From: an uncultured Pseudomonadales bacterium
GTDB taxonomy: Bacteria; Pseudomonadota; Gammaproteobacteria; Pseudomonadales; UBA7434
Reading direction: 5' to 3'
DNA length: 64,000 nt
NCBI GenBank assembly: GCA_964504585.1
Contig: CAZDEW010000004.1
Location: 4,052 to 68,051 of the forward strand
Under the pieces are notes generated by a model. It worked only from the letters and a program-made list of their open reading frames with translations. It had not been told where the DNA came from and did not search any database. Shown in pieces: positions 31,720 through 39,509 of the stretch. Position 1 is the stretch's first letter, and every line of letters starts with the position of its first letter. The translations under genes were made by a program, and so were the position numbers.

Positions 31720-32211
31720 AGTTTCTCCGAAGATTTTCCCTGAGCCCGATGGGCACTGAAGAGCAAACACCTGTAAAAACGATTATCTATCTGTGGGATC
31801 GAGCCAATACTGAGACTCGATTGGAAAGCGAGGGTTAACTCGTGGCATATATGCGTTAAGACGGCAGTCGCCTGATGCAACCACTACCCAGCTGAATATC
31901 TTTTAATCAGTAAGATTTTATGCCGTGGAAGTAAGCGTTTATCGAGCCAGCCCCACAGGTCAACATGGTGTGACGAAGCCGCGAATGCTACTCGATATAA
32001 AAAACCATAACAATTGTAGATCGGCTATAAAAATCCACGGTTTAGGCAGCTATATTGCACTGTGAAGAATTGCTTATCGGAGCAGCATTTGCGTGCATTT
32101 TGTAAAGCGGCAAAGAGACCGTAAGCAGGACCAAAACACTTTGGATATTTAGCGGATAACGTCGCTGGCAAGTCAGCTAATTGTGGAAGTAAACTGGAGA
32201 GAGGTCGGCCA

Positions 32212-34815
32212 TCAGAAAAAGATAGCTTCTTTTAGAAAATCTTCTAACTCGCCATAACCGAGCAGCGCATCAAGCACTCGGTGTCCCACCTCGCCCTTAC
32301 TCGAAGAAATGGGGCGTATTTCCCCATCAGTAACCTTGGCAACCAACTGCGCGAACTTTGCGTCACGCTTGTCGTCTCTGGCGTGACTCAATACTATTTC
32401 CGCACGACCACCACGCACTTTTTCGATAAGTAAAAGAGCAGCTTTTAGCAAAGCTTTTGACTTCTGTTTTTTAAAGCGTGGGAAACGACCGCCAATAGAC
32501 AAAACTCGTCGGACCTTAAAACGCAGTCCGGACACGATTGCCATATAAGCGCCAGCGCTACTTCCAATAGTTCTCAGCTCTGCATGCTCTTCTAAAATTT
32601 TTTGTTTACCAAGCCATCGAATAACCTGTCGTTCACTGGATCCTAACGAAGGAACACCGTCGGAATAGTTCTCGCCAAGTGGCTCCGCTATGATTAAGAA
32701 ATTGAACCTGGACGCGTCAGCGCACTGAAGCAGGGCGAAATTCGGGATAATCAATCGTCGTCGCCCACGCATCGCAAAACAAATCACCAGAACTTTTTTG
32801 GAAGAGTCGCCACCACCATCAAACAAGGTCACCGTTGGCGCAATCTTTCTGGGCTGATAACGCTGGAAGCTCTCCTCGCCAACGCTCATCAACACTGAGG
32901 AAACACTGGTGAACCATAAATCCAGCGCATTTTGAAACTTCTCGTTTTGCACATCGACAAGATCTTTACGAGAGTGCTCATGCGCAAGAAAAGCTAGCTG
33001 CTCAGGTGCCAACCGATGCTCAAAAGTTTGCAAAGCTTTATTGAGCTGGCCTATTGAGCTGCATAGCCTGAATACCCTTCTGAAAGTTTTTACCAGCTGA
33101 GTATAGTGATCATCTAGACGTAACCGCTCTTTAAATCCTTCAGGGAGAATTTCACCGCCAACCCTGCCGGTTTCTGCACCCGCTGAAATAGTCGCCACCA
33201 ACTGACTTAACAGCCTATAATCAGCAAACTCGCCGGGATCTATCACCACATCAAACTGCATTTCAACAAGAATAAGCAGCTCCATCTGCGTCATAGAATC
33301 CATACCAAGTGTTCGCAGTTTTACATCTTCTTCACCCGCCTCAAATGCATCTAGACTGTCGCCTAGGAAGTCCATGACTGACGGCAAACCTCTGATAGCC
33401 TCACACAGTCTCGTGCGGACATCACCGAACCGCCCGCTAATAGCCAAAACCTCTTGCCGGTTAACCTTACCTGTCTCCCCTCTCGGCACCTTGTTAACCA
33501 GAATGAACTGCTTGGGGGATCGAGCACCAGCACGTGCGCTAACGAACCTTTGGATTCGCGAGAGTTTTGGCGGACTCGCATATTGATCAAACGCTAATAT
33601 TGCAATCGGAACGTCACCGTGAATACGCGATTTTCTGGGTACGACGGCCGCATCAGCCACGCCAGGATACTCCATGATGAGTGACTCAAGCTCCTGTGGA
33701 TAAATGTTCATACTGTTGAACACAAACATGTCATCCGAGCGGCCAAGAATAAATAGACTACCGGTCTGGTCGATTCTTGCGATATCCCCTGTACAATACC
33801 AACCATCTTTCACACTCTTTTGATAAACCTCCTCAGCACCCAAATAGCCTTCGAACATGCCTTCACCACGCACGAATAAAACCCCGGGCTGGTCAGGCTC
33901 GACCACAACGCCAGCAGCATCTCGGCACTCAAGCTGAAGACCATTCAAAGCGCGACCAACGGACTCGGACTCAACAAACTCGGAAGTGTGCGCAAATGCG
34001 ATTGCTCCCGTCTCGGTAGTTCCGTATCCGAAGCGCAGATTCGGCGTTAGGGAATCTGTTAAAAGTTTTCTCGTCTCGGGTGATACATGCGAACCACCGA
34101 TTTTCAAACCTATACTTTGTAATCGATGAGCATCAGCATGACGAACCAGAGATCGCGCCTGGTACTCAGATACATGAAGCGTCTCTACATTCAAGCTAAT
34201 GCACTGATCCAGCAACTCATTACTGTCAAGAAAAACATTAGTAGCTCCACGGGCCATCACATAAAACCTGTGCCGCTTTGAAAAATTATGCTCAACGGAT
34301 GCGATACAAGCGAATCTTTCGTGCTCGTTATCGACATGCCTATGTGCCTGAGCGATCAGCCCAGCGCTACTGTGAACAACAATCTTCGGCTTTCCCGAGG
34401 TGCCGGACGTAGAAAACAGTAGTTGTGCGTTGCCGAGATCGCCGACATGCGTATTATCCGGAACAGTCCCAGAGAAACCCGAGGCCAACTGTTCCACTAA
34501 AAAAAAACGAGTGCCAGCCGACTCGAACACTGAAGTATCAAAGGCCATCTCAAAAGTAGGAATCGTAAAAGTTGTCGCCTCCAATCGCATACCAGCTAAA
34601 CAAATAATTAAGTGTTCGATGTCGTTGGCGCAGCGAATACCCATGACTGCCGCGGAGGTAACACCCAGAGACAATAATTCATTGGCCTCTGCCTCGACCA
34701 TTGCAGCAAGCTCCGAGTAAGAAATCGATCTCTCAACTGAAACCAGAGCATCCCGGTCGGGGGTAGACAGAGCCTGTTGATACAATAATGAAACGATATT
34801 TTTAGGGCGTTGCAT
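32212..34815 (-). CDS. tridomain adenylation - carrier (T/PCP) - alpha/beta-hydrolase-like enzyme
   Basis: 867 aa. Adenylation motifs are LLFSTSGTSGKPKIVVHS, GYGTTETG, WYCTGDIARIDQTGSLFILGRSDDM and PRGETGKVNRQE. The carrier motif LGMDSM has its Ser codon at 33295-33297. The C-terminal ~300 aa carries a nucleophile elbow GSSAG (Ser codon 32557-32559), then candidate Asp (HARDD) and His (EVGHRV). Confidence 0.8.
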   Translation of the reverse strand: MQRPKNIVSLLYQQALSTPDRDALVSVERSISYSELAAMVEAEANELLSLGVTSAAVMGIRCANDIEHLIICLAGMRLEATTFTIPTFEMAFDTSVFESAGTRFFLVEQLASGFSGTVPDNTHVGDLGNAQLLFSTSGTSGKPKIVVHSSAGLIAQAHRHVDNEHERFACIASVEHNFSKRHRFYVMARGATNVFLDSNELLDQCISLNVETLHVSEYQARSLVRHADAHRLQSIGLKIGGSHVSPETRKLLTDSLTPNLRFGYGTTETGAIAFAHTSEFVESESVGRALNGLQLECRDAAGVVVEPDQPGVLFVRGEGMFEGYLGAEEVYQKSVKDGWYCTGDIARIDQTGSLFILGRSDDMFVFNSMNIYPQELESLIMEYPGVADAAVVPRKSRIHGDVPIAILAFDQYASPPKLSRIQRFVSARAGARSPKQFILVNKVPRGETGKVNRQEVLAISGRFGDVRTRLCEAIRGLPSVMDFLGDSLDAFEAGEEDVKLRTLGMDSMTQMELLILVEMQFDVVIDPGEFADYRLLSQLVATISAGAETGRVGGEILPEGFKERLRLDDHYTQLVKTFRRVFRLCSSIGQLNKALQTFEHRLAPEQLAFLAHEHSRKDLVDVQNEKFQNALDLWFTSVSSVLMSVGEESFQRYQPRKIAPTVTLFDGGGDSSKKVLVICFAMRGRRRLIIPNFALLQCADASRFNFLIIAEPLGENYSDGVPSLGSSERQVIRWLGKQKILEEHAELRTIGSSAGAYMAIVSGLRFKVRRVLSIGGRFPRFKKQKSKALLKAALLLIEKVRGGRAEIVLSHARDDKRDAKFAQLVAKVTDGEIRPISSSKGEVGHRVLDALLGYGELEDFLKEAIFF

Positions 34816-34954
34816 CTGTTTTAGCTATAAGCCTAAATTTATAGATGGGCAATAGGTTTATGGGAAGTGAGGCTTCCCGCATGACTAGTTCCCGGCTTAA
34901 GTGATGTGTGAGTGCAGTCGTCACGCGAAAATCACGCCAGAGTAGTTACAAAAA

Positions 34955-36160
34955 TCACCGCGGAATCTTTTTTGAGTATCTTAGATACGTAGAAAACAAT
35001 CTCGCTATACGCTGCTTAAAACTGGTACGAAGATAAAGCCACCACCAAGGCAGATGTCTAACTGATTGGTAACGTTCTTCAATTAAGTTCGCCTGCAAAC
35101 TCAAAGATTCGCCCCGACTATCAAACACAGCATAATCTAGCAGCTTGCGACGATCCTGCTGCTTGTCATCGGTCGCCAAAGCTTGTCGTACAAAAGGTAG
35201 CAAGTCCTCGGAATGATCGATTACAGTCCCCGCCTGCCATACATACGTATTATCAGTAATCTGATTACCGGCCTTGTACCGTCCCGGCGCAGGGTTGGCG
35301 AAAAGAATCGGACGGTCAAAATGCAACCATTCGTAGCATACCGATGAAATGTCGGAGATCATGGCATCGCTTGCTGCCATATAGGGTGTGATGTCATCAT
35401 CAATCACAACCTTCACGTTTGCTTCATAACCCAGCTCTTCTATTAAATCTTTGACCCGATCATAGATGTCGATTTTGTCCGAAACCAACTTGCTATGAAA
35501 CTTCATAATTACATTGTAGTGACTGCCAAGCTGTCTCACGATTTCAAGAGACCAAAGTTGGATCGAGCTTTCACCATAGAGTGAACGCTCACCTAGCTTC
35601 ATACTAGTCACCGAGCTATCCCAAGTTGGCGCGTATAGAATGACCTTCCTATCCTCATCGAACAAACTTACTGGTGTAAGGCTTCCCTTATAAAATTCAT
35701 CAAATTTGGGATAACCTACTAGCTTCCAGCTATTGATATACGGCAACGTACCTGCAAGCTTTGCTTTATCTACAGCTTTCTGCCCGGGGAACAGGACAAG
35801 GTCGTAACAGGTGAGTCGAGCTGACTCTATATATCGCTTGTCTGACAAGCCCCCATGAAAAACCTGAACTGCTACACCACAGTAAAGAAGATGAAAACTT
35901 GGATAAACAATCAACCTCAATCTCAACTTAAACGCCAGCTTCCTTGCCTCTGCTCTATTTTCTACTAGCCGTATGTCCAGGCAATAATCCGAATATTTTT
36001 CATTAGCGCGGGCAAAAATACTGGTGTTATCGGTAATGATAACCCCACCAAGGCGTGGATATAGCCTGATAACTGGAGGCAGGTGTTGGATGTTCGAAGA
36101 CAAGTAGTAGCCAATTTTCTTATCCATACTTGCACTGGCCGACACTTCAGCATTCATCAT
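34955..36160 (-). CDS. TagB/TagF-family CDP-alcohol phosphotransferase (glycerophosphotransferase-like)
   Basis: 401 aa. ILYAPTWDSS and MAASDAMISDISSVCYEWLHFDRPILF match the Glyphos_transf pattern (YAPT[WF]R and D.LI.D.SS..F.....P). Confidence 0.7.
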   Translation of the reverse strand: MMNAEVSASASMDKKIGYYLSSNIQHLPPVIRLYPRLGGVIITDNTSIFARANEKYSDYCLDIRLVENRAEARKLAFKLRLRLIVYPSFHLLYCGVAVQVFHGGLSDKRYIESARLTCYDLVLFPGQKAVDKAKLAGTLPYINSWKLVGYPKFDEFYKGSLTPVSLFDEDRKVILYAPTWDSSVTSMKLGERSLYGESSIQLWSLEIVRQLGSHYNVIMKFHSKLVSDKIDIYDRVKDLIEELGYEANVKVVIDDDITPYMAASDAMISDISSVCYEWLHFDRPILFANPAPGRYKAGNQITDNTYVWQAGTVIDHSEDLLPFVRQALATDDKQQDRRKLLDYAVFDSRGESLSLQANLIEERYQSVRHLPWWWLYLRTSFKQRIARLFSTYLRYSKKIPR

Positions 36161-36248
36161 AAAAACCGAATTATTCTTTTACCCGACACAGCAGGGTGAT
36201 TGTATGTTGGAACTTGGAGTGTTGAAGGGCTGACTTGCCCGGCTCAGA

Positions 36249-37115
36249 CTAGCCACTGATCAGATTCAACTTCTCTCTTATTATTGTCGAACTAACGCTT
36301 GGCGTGTAGTCAAAGTAGATTACTTCACAACTAGTTTTTGGGTACTTGCCTTTCCAGTCGGAGCCTACGGATATCGCATCGATACCGAACTTATCTACCG
36401 CTGCTTGTTTATTTTTGTCGTGTTGCGGCACGACTTTATCCACATATGATATCTGCTCTACGATTGCTGCGCGCTCCTCATAGGGAATGACAGGTAGACG
36501 CCCTTTATCTTTTAAAATCAGATCGTCAACTGAAACGCCCACTATCAGTTCGTGACAAAGCTCTTTAGTGCGTCGCAAAATATTTAAATGGCCGTGATGG
36601 AATATGTCGAAACAACCCGTAGTGTACATCCTGTTGAATCGCTTATTCGGCTGCTGCTGCACGGCTACTGCGGCAAACTCCTTCTTCAGGACAGCCTTCA
36701 TCGCAGCGTGTTCTTCATCGCTCATCTCCAGCGACGTGGATAAATCACAGGGGCCCGGCCAACTGCGATCGAAAAATTCACGGCCTTGCAGCTTTTGAGC
36801 AGCACTATGACGCGGAAAGATATGGAAATGAACGTGCGGATCAACCATCATAAGCATGAGATAATTCGTCTTCTCATAACCCAATCTGCCCTTAAAAACC
36901 GCCTCGATAATCTTTACCAAATTTCCCTGTTCAATAACTGCGTCGGGGGAAATCTGGTCATACGCCGTGACATTTTCTTTGCAAACGAGAACAATAGAAC
37001 CGAGCGTCACCTGTTTGGGTCGATACAAAACCTCCCAAAAACGAGATGAAAAAATCGTCGATTCAGGAAAACCGAATTTGTCTAATGTGTCCTGGACATC
37101 CATAAAAGTGCTCAA
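36249..37115 (-). CDS. HIT-domain / TagD-like cytidylyltransferase fusion protein
   Basis: 288 aa. The N-terminal HIT histidine triad is PHVHFHIFPR (36825-36839). The C-terminal half is colinear with glycerol-3-phosphate cytidylyltransferase: TTGCFDIFHHGHLNILRR (HxGH at 36588-36599), VGSDWKGKY, TPSVSSTIIRE. Confidence 0.75.
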   Translation of the reverse strand: MSTFMDVQDTLDKFGFPESTIFSSRFWEVLYRPKQVTLGSIVLVCKENVTAYDQISPDAVIEQGNLVKIIEAVFKGRLGYEKTNYLMLMMVDPHVHFHIFPRHSAAQKLQGREFFDRSWPGPCDLSTSLEMSDEEHAAMKAVLKKEFAAVAVQQQPNKRFNRMYTTGCFDIFHHGHLNILRRTKELCHELIVGVSVDDLILKDKGRLPVIPYEERAAIVEQISYVDKVVPQHDKNKQAAVDKFGIDAISVGSDWKGKYPKTSCEVIYFDYTPSVSSTIIREKLNLISG

Positions 37116-37326
37116 GCAAACCCCACGCTGCGAAGCGGAATTTTACAATATAATGGCGAAATCCAACAAGCAAAGCCCTGCCCCACACGCCCGCTACAAG
37201 CAGCTTTGGTAACTTTTGCGGTGTTCAACGGAAGTTGCAGGATCAACTTCCCTATTGAGAGCCATGCCCGTAAAGTCCGTGCGCAGAGCATCACTTCAGA
37301 ACCGTATTCCTGATGCAAAGGCAATC

Positions 37327-38448
37327 ATGCAAACTCCGATAACCGATCAACCCCTTACCATCTATCTGGACACACCCAATCTCTACTATCTCCCTCAGTA
37401 CGAGCCGTTGATCAATGAAGCAATCCGAAGGGGCGCCAACTATAAAGTTGTCCTGTATCAAGACAAAAATCAGCTCAACACTCAGCGATCATGTCTCGCG
37501 AAGCATGCTGACAAGCTGATTTTAGTGGATGATGCAGAACAGGCTTCAAAGCTTTACGCGAAAGACAGACCTAACTGGGTGTTTTTTGGCAATAGCTTTG
37601 ATTATCTGGAGCTACTCCACGCGGACACGCATACCGCACAGCTAGGGCACGGCATCGGCCCAAAGCCAAGCTACTATCATAAATCTCGCACGGCGATGAC
37701 CGTCCGATTTATCGAAGGCGCACTAAGGCTCTCAACCATCCGCAAGCTCTATCCTGAACAAAACTTTGTTCAGGTTGGCTTTTGTAAGCTGGATCCCTTA
37801 TTCAACAGCAAGGCGGAAATGCAGCCACCTGAAAATTACAAGTTGCCGAAGGGCAGAACCACTTTACTTTATGCGCCAACTTTCAAACCGAGTTCGCTTG
37901 AGTGCTTTCCCGATAACTGGCCAGAGCACTTCGAAGAAACCAATATCTTGGTCAAGCCGCATCACTTTACTTATGAGAGAAAGCGCTATGAAAAGCAGCG
38001 CAGGAAGCTGGAAAAATGGTCTCGCTTTCCGAACGTCCACATTGCCAGCAAAGACGCCCTATCCTTGTTGCCGTACATGAATATTGCGGATCTGATGATT
38101 AGCGATGCCTCATCCGCAATTTTCGAATTTGCAGCATTAGACAAGCCTATCGTGCTGTGTAATTTCTTTAAGCTTCCATGGCACTATCGAGGTCCATTTA
38201 AATATCGTTATAACCGACGCTTCGTACAGGACGCTGTAGCCTATGAATCGCTTGCGCCGTTCGCCAGGAATTTTCAGGAGATGCACCGCCTAGTCGGCGA
38301 AGAACTAAAAGCACCCGAACGATATGCGCCGGCGAGACAGGCGTACACGCGAGATCATGTTGGAGACACCGACGGCAGAGCATCTGCCCGGATCCTCGAT
38401 TATATTGAGAACTACTCGGTAAACTCAGCTTCAGATCGAGCGAGTTGA
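37327..38448 (+). CDS. second TagB/TagF-family CDP-alcohol phosphotransferase
   Basis: LLYAPTFKPSS and MNIADLMISDASSAIFEFAALDKPIVLC. The start is uncertain: the track gives 37216, with ATGs at 37264 and 37327, and I use 37327 (MQTPITDQ). The 3' end overlaps the convergent GT9 gene by 18 nt. Confidence 0.68.
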   Translation: MQTPITDQPLTIYLDTPNLYYLPQYEPLINEAIRRGANYKVVLYQDKNQLNTQRSCLAKHADKLILVDDAEQASKLYAKDRPNWVFFGNSFDYLELLHADTHTAQLGHGIGPKPSYYHKSRTAMTVRFIEGALRLSTIRKLYPEQNFVQVGFCKLDPLFNSKAEMQPPENYKLPKGRTTLLYAPTFKPSSLECFPDNWPEHFEETNILVKPHHFTYERKRYEKQRRKLEKWSRFPNVHIASKDALSLLPYMNIADLMISDASSAIFEFAALDKPIVLCNFFKLPWHYRGPFKYRYNRRFVQDAVAYESLAPFARNFQEMHRLVGEELKAPERYAPARQAYTRDHVGDTDGRASARILDYIENYSVNSASDRAS

Positions 38449-39492
38449 AGAAAGCCCTATACCCTCACCGGCGACAACGCGATCCAGCATACGACAGACA
38501 TCATCCAGCTCAATCAGCGCCATCAAGTGGTCTCCTTTCGCCCGTTCGCCCCAACTTGGCGTAGTGTTGCTTCTGGTCTGAGACGCGATCGCATCGTGAT
38601 AAACACTCACCACATACTCCCTGTATGTATAGGGACCCGTCCGCTCGGGGTTACTATGGGCATAAAGACCCACCACAGGCGTCCCTTGTGAGACAGCCAT
38701 GTGCGCCGGGCCCGTGTCAGGGCAAACCAGAACACTTGCAAGACGCAGAAAATAGAGCATCTGAGACAGGGAGAATTTACCACTAACATTTTCGACAGGC
38801 ACTTTGCACGCCGCGAGAATTTGCTCGACAAATTCCAACTCTCTTGCCGCGGGGCCGGAGCATACATAAACATGAAAACCCCTTTCATGAGCGTATGAGG
38901 CTAGCGCCGCATACCGTTCCGGCAACCAGTTGCGCTCGAAATTCGATGCCACGGGCGCGATAACAAGACATGGTGCGGTACCCTGATGGAATTGCTCGAC
39001 GTACTGTGCATCTTTCGAATCCAGCGGAAAGCTCCACCGCAACTGAAAGTCTGGCAAACCCAGTGCTCGCGCGAATGCTTTAAAGCCGTCTACAACATGG
39101 GGGCGCTCAGGCATATCACACCGGGAATTGACGACTAGACCGTGTAACTCTTTGGACAGATGTCGCGGGAACCCGATTTTCTTTCGAGCCCTGACCAGCA
39201 AAGCCAGCGCATTTGCCCGCAGCGAGAGCTGCATATGCAGCAGCACATCAAAAACCTCATTGAGCTCTCTACGGAGCTTTAGGTATTCAGAAACGCCACG
39301 TGACTTGTCAAAAACGTAGAAGTCGATGCCGGGCAAGCTACTAACCAGCGCATACTCCGCCTTACCAATGATCCATGTTATGCGAGCATGCTTTTTTACG
39401 CGTTGAATTTCCTGCACCACGGCAACGGCATTGCAGACATCGCCAATGGCCGATAACCTAAGAATGCAAATTGACTCAGATGGCGCCGTCAT
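38431..39492 (-). CDS. LPS heptosyltransferase (glycosyltransferase family 9, WaaC/WaaF-like)
   Basis: 353 aa with ILRLSAIGDVCNAV at the N-terminus and VCPDTGPAHMAVSQGTPVVGLY near the C-terminus. It lies 17 nt downstream of hldE. Confidence 0.85.
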   Translation of the reverse strand: MTAPSESICILRLSAIGDVCNAVAVVQEIQRVKKHARITWIIGKAEYALVSSLPGIDFYVFDKSRGVSEYLKLRRELNEVFDVLLHMQLSLRANALALLVRARKKIGFPRHLSKELHGLVVNSRCDMPERPHVVDGFKAFARALGLPDFQLRWSFPLDSKDAQYVEQFHQGTAPCLVIAPVASNFERNWLPERYAALASYAHERGFHVYVCSGPAARELEFVEQILAACKVPVENVSGKFSLSQMLYFLRLASVLVCPDTGPAHMAVSQGTPVVGLYAHSNPERTGPYTYREYVVSVYHDAIASQTRSNTTPSWGERAKGDHLMALIELDDVCRMLDRVVAGEGIGLSSTRSI

Positions 39493-39509
39493 TCCTTTGT
39501 AACCGCTCG

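Noticed and set aside
27285-38448. Possibility that the PepM/Ppd/Fe-ADH genes mark a phosphonate antibiotic (fosfomycin or phosphinothricin type) or methylphosphonate cluster
   Set aside because: None of the eight ORFs resembles a radical-SAM/cobalamin methyltransferase, HEPD/MpnS/HppE-type oxygenase, NRPS condensation domain, resistance kinase or exporter. The neighbours are glycan phosphotransferases and LPS genes, which favours a cell-surface decoration role.
27109-38448. Genomic island delimited by mobile-element features
   Set aside because: I recognised no integrase, transposase, tRNA target or flanking inverted or direct repeats. Only an impression of lower GC remains, and that is reported as a low-confidence finding.
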